28,000 bases of DNA from Antedon mediterranea (Eukaryota > Animalia > Echinodermata), in contig NW_027306099.1 of the NCBI RefSeq assembly GCF_964355755.1, forward strand, positions 1 through 28,000. The letters run 5' to 3'. The notes under the pieces are model-generated. The model did no database searches. It had not been told where the DNA came from and saw nothing but the letters and a program-made list of their open reading frames with translations. Shown here piece by piece: positions 12,992 to 22,570 of the stretch. The first letter of the stretch is position 1; every line of letters begins with the position of its first letter. Both the position numbers and the translations under genes were made by a program.

Positions 12992-13995
12992 ATGGCAACG
13001 CCGCGACTTACTCGGTCCCAAACCCGTACAACCCTTATTGGTACCCCTGGGTTTGCTCCTAACTTTGAAAGCGCACCTAGCCCTCCCCCACCATCTCAAT
13101 CCGAAACAGCTATGCAAATGCGCATGCTTGAGTTGAAGAAGTTGAACTGCAACGGCTTCGAATGCGTCCACAACCGCCCCAGGATACTCATAGCCCCATT
13201 AATAAGATCCCTAAAATCACAGATAAGGATGACATTGATATCTACTTGTCATGCTTTGAGTGTATTGTAGCACAGTGCCAAATTCCCCCTGAAAATTGGA
13301 CCCTACACCTTCTCCCAAAATTAACTGGTAAAGCCAGGGAGGCCTACAACGATATGCCTTTACAGAATTTCGTATATAACGACCTTAAAGATGCTATCCT
13401 TCTAAAGTACCACCTCACAGCCGAAACATATCGGAAACAATTTAGACAAACCCCCAAACCCCTTTCAATGTCCACTAGAGAGTGGGTAGGAAAACTTGAT
13501 CGTGACATGAAGAGGTGGCTTCGAAGCGCTAAAGTTAACCTTCAAGACCCTAAGGAAATTCTTGACTTTTTTCTTTTAGATCAGGCGATACAAAAACTCC
13601 CCTTTCCTCTTGCTTCTCTAATCAAAGAAAAAGAGCCCAAAACGTCCCTTGAATTATCCCGAATTGCCGATACCCTGATTGAAATTAAGGGCAAACCCTG
13701 GATGGAATCTATCTCTAAGCCCAACACCAGACCTTCCCCGAGAATATCCGCCCCTCCATCAACAGCCCCGCCGTTTCCTGGTTACAGTCCCGCATCCCAA
13801 GGCCCTCCCCAACCTACATCGCGTTATTCCCCAAAACCCTTGCTCTCGATCCCTTTTGATAATTATTCAGCCCCTACCAGTACCTACACAAATCGCCAAT
13901 CAAACACGACACAAAACATTACATGCTACAAATGTAATAAACCAGGCCACATTAGTCGACAATGCCCCCTTAACAACCCTGGAAAAGATCAATGA
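12992..13995 (+). pseudogene. gag: Gag (SCAN-like capsid region + CCHC zinc knuckle), with one frameshift near 13135
   Basis: ATG at 12992 (MATPRLTRSQ...MQMRMLEL) shifts to the EVELQRLRMRPQ frame. It then reads DDIDIYLSCFE..W..L.PKLTGKA..YNDLKDAILLKY.LTAETYRKQFR..LLDQ..LP..IKEKEPKT and CYKCNKPGHISRQC, ending at TGA 13993-13995. Confidence 0.9.
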
Positions 13996-14292
13996 CTAGG
14001 CCTGTATATTAAACGCAATTGTGGTACTAACCCATGGTTACTGTCTGGTACAATTAACAATAGAGAGGCCGAAATACTTAGAGACACTGGGTGCTCCCAA
14101 AGCATTGTAAAAAGTACTTTTGTTAAACCCAATGATTATACCAGTGAAACTGTTACTGTACAAGGCTTTACTGGTCAATACATAACCCTCCCAGTTGTAC
14201 GCGTACATGTTGATTGTAAGGCTTATAAAGGAAAATTAAAAGCAGCCGTAAGTAATGACACCCCTAAGGACTTATTACTTGGCAACGAAGTT
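13996..14292 (+). pseudogene. pol: Aspartic protease domain of pol, in frame with gag and lacking its own ATG
   Basis: My translation: LGLYIKRNCGTNPWLLSGTINNREAEILRDTGCSQSIV...DLLLGNE. The catalytic DTG is at 14083-14091, and there are no stops up to the 14293 ORF. Confidence 0.9.
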
Positions 14293-15804
14293 ATGACTGG
14301 TAATCCAAATGACGTCATATGGCCCCCTTCTATATTAGCTATTACCAGAAAACAAGCCCATGACCAAGAAAGACAAGAGGCTATTAATTTAGCTGCTGCC
14401 CTTAATGTTAAAACGTCCCCAATCACTGATGCCCTACCACTTAAACCTTCCCCAAGATCGTCCCAAATTGTCAAGAAAAATGACACTACCACTGCCAACA
14501 TTACCAATCACTCACCTTTGGACATCAAAACAACACCACACCAACTTGCACATCAACAAAAAGAAGATAAAACCATTAGCATCATAATACATGATAGAAC
14601 TGTCCCTTTTGACCAAATTAACTCCCATCGTGTATGCTTTTATTTGAAAGATGATATATTATTTAGAAAATGGAAATCAATTAAGGCCAGTGTTAACCTT
14701 CCGGCCCAACAACAAATCGTATTGCCCACAATTTATCGCCCGCCGACTATTTCCTTAGCCCATGACAACCCAACATCCGGCCACCTCGGTGTAAACAAAA
14801 CAACACAACGTATCCTACAATCCTTTTATTGGCCAGGTATTTTTTCGGATGTTGCTACGTACTGTAGAACATGCGACATCTGTCAGAAAACAGCCCATGC
14901 TAATACGTATGTTAAGGCTCCCTTGAAATCTATAGAAGTTGTCGGTCAACCTTTCTCCAAAGTAGGAATTGACATTCTAGGCCCACTTAAACGTTCGAAA
15001 AACAGAAAAGCCTATATACTGACAATTTGCGACTATGCCACTCGATTCCCTTTTGCTGTGCCCCTTAGTAATATTGAAGCCAAAACTGTGGCCGATGCAT
15101 TGATATTGGTGTTCAAAGATTTTGGATTCCCATCACAAATCCTATCCGATCAGGGCACAAACTTCACTTCACGACTGATGAAACAATTATCAGACTTATT
15201 ACAAATTGAACAGATGACGTCTACCCCTTTTAACCAGCAAACAAATGGTCTTGTCGAGAAGTTTAATGGGACAATGAAAAATATGATAAAGTCTCTCACC
15301 CCGGAACAATTTGATGAATGGGATAGATATGTTCCTTTATTTCTATTCGCATACCGCGATGCCCAACATGAATCAACAGGATTCACACCCTTTGAACTTG
15401 TATTTGCCCACGAAGTTAAAACACCACTTCGACTTTTAAAGGACAGCATGACAAACACGATAGACAACAAACAACCTATTTCTCATTACATAAGTGACTT
15501 ACAAGACAAATTAAGGGTTGTTAATAACATTGCTAGAACCAACCTTAAACAAGCCCAAGCGAAACAGAAACATTATTATGATAAGAAAACATTGCCTCGA
15601 AAATTTAAGGTTGGACAGAAAGTATTAATTCTCCTCCCAGATGACACATCGAAAGTTAAATCTAAATAGCAAGGTCCCTATCCTATCTCTAAAGTTGTAA
15701 GTGATGTTAATTATGAAATACTAGTTGGTAACAAACACAAAACATACCACATTAATTTACTACGATTATACAACGAACGTCCACAGAAACAGAACAATGA
15801 TTGT
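14293..15804 (+). pseudogene. pol: Integrase (HHCC, DDE core, GPY/F module) with a nonsense mutation at 15667
   Basis: AHDNPTSGHLG..CRTCDIC; GIDILGPL; SDQGTNF; VEKFNGT. SK*QGPY has TAG in place of the conserved Trp of KWQGPY, and the frame stays open into RT. Confidence 0.93.
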
Positions 15805-16734
15805 ATGTACACTGCCCCTGACCCAGATCCAGACGATTGGTTTCCCCCTGAGCCACCAGGCCCCGCCACTTCCCAGGCCCAATCCTATAAAGACATTGAT
15901 ATCCCGGGCTATCTTACCCCTTCCCAGAAAGATGACCTTCACCATATCTTCTACTCAAAACGATTTATGTTTACAGATATCCCAGGTAGAACAGATATGG
16001 TAAAACATGAAGTCCGTACGACAACAGATACCCAAATAAGACAAAAAGCCTATAGAATCCCTTATGCATTAGAAGACCCAGTCAAATTACAAATACAATT
16101 ACAACACATGCATGATAATGGTATTATTGAACCATCGACAAGCCCATGGGCTGCCCCCATTGTTTCTGTTCCAAAACCGGATGGATCACTACGTATTTGT
16201 ACCGATTACAGGGAATTAAACAAAATAACCATTATTGACCCATACCCTATGCCCCGTATAGATGATATCATTGATAAGGTCGGTAATGCCAAATTCATTA
16301 CTAAACTTGATCTAACACAAGGGTATTACCAAATAGCTCTGACTGATGAAGCTAAACTTAAGTCTGCATTTATTACACCATGGGGCCAATACCAATACAA
16401 AGTTATGCCATTTGGCATGGCTAATAGCCCAGGTACCTTTCAGAGACTAATGGATAACATTCTAAGGGGCACTGAATGTTTTGCCCGTGCTTATTTAGAT
16501 GACATTGCGATATTTAGTACCGACTGGAATTCCCACTTACTCCACATAACTGAAGTACTAGATAGGATAAACGCAGCAGGCCTCACAGTAAAACCTACTA
16601 AGTGTGAGATAGCCCAGGAAACTGTGTCATATTTGGGTCATGTAATTGGAAACGGCCTAGTAAGACCCAGTCCGGATAAATTATCTGCTTTACAGAACTA
16701 TCCCCGCCCCATAACCAAAACCAATATCCGGGCA
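15805..16734 (+). pseudogene. pol: Reverse transcriptase of pol, interrupted by a MITE
   Basis: SPWAAPIVSVPKPDGSLRICTDYRELN, DPYPMPRID, LDLTQGYYQI, MPFGMANSPGTFQR, YLDDI, KC...YLGH. Confidence 0.95.
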
Positions 16735-17641
16735 GCGATTTTTTTTTTCGTACATAAGTTGGGGACCCCCTCATGAAACGTCACAAAATAAACATGAATA
16801 ATTCATCAGTTAAATGTTCTTGTTCCGTGTGCACCCAAGCGTATAGCAACAAGAAGTGATTACACAAGTGCGGTACGATTCTAGGCCTATCTCCGCGCTG
16901 TTGTTGCGGCGTGCGATTTCATAGAAGAATAGCGGCGTTTTGTGTGGATTGTCGAAATAATCAGCCTTTAGTTTATGATAGTGTTTTTAATATAATTTGT
17001 TACTAAAGAATTACGTGTTAAAATTATAGTTTCTATTAATACTACTGTATTAGGCCTAGGCCTAATTATTAGTCTCTAAACATATGTCTATTCTAGTAGA
17101 GCTGTGTGTGTGTGTGTGTGTGTGTTATAGGTATGACACAATCCGAGTAATAAGTCAGCAAAATTAAACAATAAACATTACACAAAAATACAGTTTTTAT
17201 TCTCGTCTAATCTTCCCATCTCATGTGTTCATATACGCGCATTTTTAAAGTTCCTTTGAGTACATGCATTGTTTGATAATAAAATAGCAGAATTAAAAAA
17301 AATACAGTACACAAATTATACACTTCTTTATTCTTGTGGGTCTAAGCTTTCTTTGGGCTATGTCCAATGAATTACTACTTAGTTTAATGTCTTGCCTAGC
17401 TGTCGATTAGCCTCGACTCGACACATTTTGTGTGAAGAAGAGTGCGCGAAGGCAATCGCGTGAATTGACTTAGAATCCTAGGCCTACTGTAGAAAGTATC
17501 GTATCGCAGTTGTGTAATCGCTTCTTGTTGCTATACGCTTGGGTGCACACGGAACAACACATTTAACTGATGAATTATTCATGTTTATTTTGTGACGTTT
17601 CATGAGGGGGTCCCCAACTTATGTACGAAAAAAAAAATCGC
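16735..17641. mobile_element. Non-autonomous DNA transposon (907 bp, about 145-bp TIRs, 9-bp TSD; Mutator/MULE-like MITE)
   Basis: Left end GCGATTTTTTTTTTCGTACATAAGTTGGGGACCCCC, with its reverse complement at the right end. TIRs at about 16735-16879 and 17497-17641. Perfect TSD ATCCGGGCA at 16726-16734 and 17642-17650. No coding capacity. Confidence 0.93.
17103..17124. repeat. (TG)11 microsatellite inside the MITE
   Basis: Direct inspection. Confidence 0.9.
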
Positions 17642-18211
17642 ATCCGGGCATTCTTAGGCCTTGCTAATTATTATCGGAAATTCATTCCTGACTTTTCCCA
17701 AATTGCGCTCCCCCTGACTGAGGCCACTCGGAAATCTTCCCCTAATAATGTTAACTGGTCGGAGCAAATGGAAACTTCCTTTAGAACCTTACAAACAAAA
17801 TTGACCGATTCCCCTGTATTAGTAAGCCCAAATTTTGATAAACAATTTATCCTACAATGTGACGCTAGCAATCAAGCTATCGGCGCAGTCTTGACCCAAT
17901 GTGACGATAATGAACATGAACACCCTGTTGCCCATTTAAGTAAGAAATTAACTCCGTGTGAAGAAAACTATGGGATTATGGAAAAAGAATGCTTAGCTAT
18001 TTTGTGGGCAATACGACAATTTCATGTTTATCTATATGGTCGGCCCTTTATAGTACAAACAGATCACAAAGCTATTCAATGGCTGGATCAAATGAAAACA
18101 ACAAATCCTCGTCTTACTAGATGGAGTTTGACTTTACAGCCTTATAGTTTTACTGTTCAATATAAGAAAGGATCACATAATACTAATACTGATGCTTTGT
18201 CTCGAATCTAA
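17642..18211 (+). pseudogene. pol: RT thumb/connection + RNase H (end of pol)
   Basis: IRAFLGLANYYRKFIPDF..LQCDAS..IGAVL..EKECLAILWAI..TDHK..RWSL.LQ..DALSRI*. Removing the MITE and one TSD copy restores ITKTNIRAFLGL in frame with RT. Confidence 0.95.
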
Positions 18212-18977
18212 TTATGTTAGGATACTTTATTTTTACACCTTATGTACAGTACAGTAGTTAAGAGTGCCTTTTTCAATAATTTTGTAAAATCAATTTCATC
18301 TTGTATTTGCTTATCAGATTGGATTTAGTTAAATGTAGTATTAAGTTTACTGCAACTGTCATGATGATGTGTATGTTGAATTGTGTTTTATTGGTTCTCC
18401 CCTCCTGCCCATTGGGTACAAGAAGCTTTTCAAATGGATCACAAGAAACTTTTAACACTTACATGAGAATTACTTATTGATAAACTATTTCACTTTATTC
18501 CTCGGATTGATGAGAAACTTGAATCCAGAAATGTAAACTTTTTAAAGATTTTCTTCAAGATATAGTGGACAGTCAACTGCAGTTATGTCGTTCTCAAATT
18601 TTTTTGTTATGAACTGAATTTTGGGAAGCAGGTCAACTTGTTTCTAGGCAACAGCTGATTGATGGATCCATCAGGAGTAAATACAGGAGTTACTACATTT
18701 ATGGACCTGCTGACTTTCATTTTCAACTGAACATGTTTGCTGAGCTATATATTATTATGCACGCTTTATATTATTATTATGACTTTTAATTTGAGAACTT
18801 TTACCAATTTTACTTTTACTTTTGTATGTTTTGCCACGTTTGCCGATTTATTGATTTGTGACGATTTGCGTTACGTTTTCTTTTGTTTAGATTTAAGATG
18901 TTCGTAGTTAAGTTTGTTTCTCAATACATTTTTGGCTCAGTGACTCGTTGGTTTCGAAGACACGGCTTCGAATTGAC

Positions 18978-18988
18978 GAGCGGGGGAA
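18978..18988 (+). promoter_or_regulatory. Polypurine tract
   Basis: GAGCGGGGGAA immediately 5' of the 3' LTR. Confidence 0.8.
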
Positions 18989-19350
18989 TATAACATGGTG
19001 GGACCAAACCCTATTAGTCACACAGGCTATTCACCTTCACCCCTTACTCTCCCTGATGTCTACTTAACTTGGAACACTACATTCCTGAGGTGGGTCTTCC
19101 AAGGAAAGTCAATCAGGATGTGGTACCATTTAATTAGTCATCCTTCCTGTCCCCTTAATATAAATATATGTTTTGTAGTTAAGTTAGTTAGTTCGGGTAT
19201 TGATTCTTGAGACTATAACATCAGTCAGAATCACTACGTTTCACATTGTTTTATAATATTACTTTTTGATTGAATAAATATTATATTTTGTACATTGAAT
19301 AATTGTGTGCCATCGTTATTGCCTTGGCCCTCGACACGACTACCGTTACA
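18989..19350 (+). repeat. 3' LTR (362 bp)
   Basis: Matches the 5' LTR except for 3 substitutions (including TG>TA at the start) and a 6-bp TTCACC duplication. Ends in GTTACA. Confidence 0.97.
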
Positions 19351-19553
19351 TACTCGTAACATACCCGGAACATACCCGGAACATACACTGAACATACTCG
19401 GAACATACTCGGAACATATTCGGAACATACTCGAAACATTCTAGGAACGTACCTGGAACGTACCCGGAACATACTCGGGACATTCTCGGAACATACCTGG
19501 AACATACCTGGAACAAACCCGGAACATACTCGGAACATACTCTGAATATACTC
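19351..19553. repeat. Satellite A block 4 (11-mer)
   Basis: Tandem ggaacatacyc with the same variant order as about 11460-11650. Confidence 0.93.
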
Positions 19554-20874
19554 GTTACTACTCGGAACTATTCGGAAATACTCGGAAATACTTGGAACTA
19601 CTCGGAACTACTCGGAACTTCTCGCCACTACTCGCCACTACTCGTTACTACTCGGAACTACTCGGAAATACTCGGAAATACTCGGAAATACTCGAAACTT
19701 CTCGGAACTTCTCGCCACTACTCGCCACTACTTGTTACTACTCGTTACTACTCGGAACTACTCGGAAATACTCGGAAATACTCGGAAAAACTCGGCAATA
19801 CTAGGAAATTATCGGAACTACTCGGAACTTCTCGGAACTACTCGGAACTACTCGGAACTACTCGGAACTACTCGGAACTACTCGGAACTACTCGGAACTA
19901 CTCGGAACTTCTCGGAACTTCTCGGAACTTCTCGGAACTTCTCGGAACTTCTCGGAACTTCTCGGAACTACTCGGAACTTCTAGGAACTTCTCGGAACTA
20001 CTCGGAACTATTCGGAACTACTCGGAACTACTCGGAACTACTCGGAACTACTCGGAACTACTCTGAACTACACGGGACTACACGGAACTACTCGGAACTA
20101 CTCGGAACTTCTCGGAACTACTCGGAACTTCTCGGAACTGCTCGGAGCTGCTCGATACTACTCGGAACTACTCGGAATTTCTCGGAACTACTCGAAACTA
20201 CTCGGAACTACTCGGAACTACTCGGAACTACTCGGAACTACTCGGAACTACTCGGAACTACTCGGAACTACTCGGAACTACTCGGAAATACTCGGAAATA
20301 CTCGGAAATACTCGGAAATACTCGGAAATACTCGGAACTTATCGGAACTACTCGGAACTACTCGGAACTAATCGGAACTACTCGGAACAACTCGCAACAA
20401 CTCGGAACAACTCGGAACTACTCGGGACTTCTCGGAACTCCCCGGAACTTCTCGGAACTACTCGGAACTACTCGTCAATATTCAGAACTACTCGGAACTA
20501 CTCGGAACTACTCGGAACTACAAGGGAACTACTCGAAACTACTCGAAACGTCTAGAAACATCTAGGAACTACTCAGAACTTCTTGGAACTACTCGGAACT
20601 ACTGGGAACTACTCGGAACTACTTGGAACTACTCGGAACTACTCGTAACTACTCGGAACTAATCGGAACTACTAGGAACTTCTTGGAACTAATCGAAACT
20701 TCTCGGAACTTCTCGAAACTACTCGGAACTACTCGGAACTAGTCGGAACTACTCGGAACTACTCGGAACTACTCGAAACTACTCGGAAATACTCGGAACT
20801 ACTCGGACTTCTCGGACCTACTCGGAACTTTTCGAAACTACTCGGAACTTCTCGGAACTTCTCGGAACTATTCG
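19554..20874. repeat. Satellite B block 4 (10-mer)
   Basis: Tandem ggaactwctc. Confidence 0.96.
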
Positions 20875-21743
20875 CTGTCTATACTGTCTGTCTAGACTGT
20901 CTGTCTAGACTGTATGTCTAGACTGTCTATCTAGACTGTCTGTCTAGACTGTTTGTCTAGACTGTCTGTCTAAAACTGTCTGTCTAGACTGTCTGTCTAG
21001 ACTGTCTGCCTAGACTGTTTGTCTAGACTGTCTGTCTAAAACTGTCTGTCTAGACTGTCTGTCTAGACTGTCTGTCTAGACTGTCTGTCTGTCTAAACTG
21101 TCGGTCTGGACTGTCTGTCTAGACTGTCTGTGTAGACTGTCTGTCTGTCTATACTGTCTGTCTATCTAGACTGTCTGTCTGTCTAGACTCTCTGTCTAGA
21201 CTCTCTGTCTAGATTCTCTGTCTGTCTAGACTGTCTGTATGTCTAGACTGTCTGTCTTGAAAGTCTAGACTGTCTGTCTAGATTGTCTGTCTGTCTTGAC
21301 TGTCTGTCTGTCTAGACTGTCTGTCTGTCTAGTCTAGTCTGTCTAGACTGTCTGTCTAGACTGTCTGTCTGTCTGGTCTGGATTGTCTGTCTGGACTGTC
21401 TGTCTGTCTAGAATGTCTGTCTGTCTGTCTAGGCTCTCTGTCTGTCTAGACTCTCTGTCTGTCTAGACTCTCTGTCTGTCTAGACTCTCTGTCTAGACTG
21501 TCTCTCTAGACTGTCTTTCTGTCTAGACTGTCTGTCTGTCTAGACTGTCTGTCTTGACTGTCTGTCTGTCTGACTGTCTTGACTGTATGTCTGTCTGACT
21601 GTCTGTCTGTCTAGACTGTCTGTCTGTCTAGACTTTCTGTCTGTCTAAACTGTCTGTCTAGACTGTCTGTATAGACTGTCTGTCTAGACTGCCTGGCTGT
21701 CTAGACTGTTTGTCTAGACTGTCTGGTCTGGACTGTCTGTCTG
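20875..21743. repeat. Satellite C block 1: (CTGT)n-CTAGA, 13/17-bp units containing the GTCTAGAC palindrome
   Basis: Tandem ctgtctgtctaga / ctgtctgtctgtctaga. Confidence 0.95.
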
Positions 21744-22570
21744 GATTGGCATTTATCAATATTTGCTTATATTTTTGCTTAAGGTTAAATATTTAAGAAG
21801 TGCTTAAGTAAATAACTTAATCTTATTTATCAAACCATCTTAGCAATGTCTTACCAGAAAAATTGTCTTAGGTAAATTTTACTTTGCACATAAGCAAAAT
21901 TAAACTCTAGAGGGGAGCAAATTATGTCTTAAGACGAAAAATTCTTGCTTACGCATGCGTATTAGCTTTTTTCTCTTAGCGATGGCGGCGCTATAACATT
22001 TTATCTCCGTATTTTCACTCCCAACAAGAGAGGGCGCATTCTGGCTACTATTGTTTTTATTACTTAAAATAGAGAAAGAGCACAACAGTCGGAAATACAT
22101 ACGAAAATCATTCGCTCTAAACTTAAATCAAATCAACATTTATTTATTTTTATCAATGACAGCGACCCTTGGCAGCCGATACAGTTTTCTAAAAGTTAGT
22201 CAATTGGGTCGTACCTATCCCGAAAATATTAGTTTTGCTCGTCCAATTTCTAGGCCATCTTTATGAAGATTGATATCATTATTTTAGCGTCCGTAGTACA
22301 GCGGAAAACGCACTAGCGTAGCCTTTCCGAATGTTCAATGTTCCGGCCTAGCGCGCTCGCGTTGTCAGAAAAGAATGTTTCTGTTGCAGAAATGAGTAAA
22401 GACGAAATTTTTCATCTTAAGGCAGGATGTTTTGTTTGTCTTAGATTTAAGACAAAATTAAGCAAATTTTTTTGCTTAGATATATTGATAAATCTGACTT
22501 AAGCAAAATCAAGGATTTAAGGCAAAGTTAAGACGATTTTTTTGCTAAGCAAGTTTGATAAATCCGGCCC
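21744..22570. mobile_element. Non-autonomous DNA transposon, complete copy (827 bp; PIF/Harbinger-like MITE)
   Basis: Imperfect TIRs GATTGGCATTTATCAAtatTTGCTTA vs reverse complement GGGCCGGATTTATCAAacTTGCTTA. 3-bp TSD CTG (21741-21743, 22571-22573). Subterminal CTTA/TAAG repeats. The superfamily is inferred from TSD length and TIR style only. Confidence 0.75.

Larger units (their letters stand above)
12159..19350 (+). mobile_element. Full-length Ty3/gypsy LTR retrotransposon of the Gmr1-like type (gag-PR-IN-RT-RH)
   Basis: Two about 99% identical LTRs, a PBS and a PPT. Gypsy-type RT/RNase H with integrase upstream of RT. Flanks TATTC (12154-12158) and TACTC (19351-19355) form an imperfect 5-bp TSD. 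Confidence 0.96.

Noticed and set aside
13120-13165. Gag frameshift as a programmed ribosomal frameshift
   Set aside because: There is no slippery heptamer, and it lies near the Gag N-terminus. A small deletion explains it best.
15661-15681. In-frame TAG-CAA in integrase as a second readthrough site
   Set aside because: It replaces the conserved Trp of KWQGPY inside a domain (TGG>TAG), and the context CAA-GGT does not match the CAR-YYA motif. It is an ordinary nonsense mutation.
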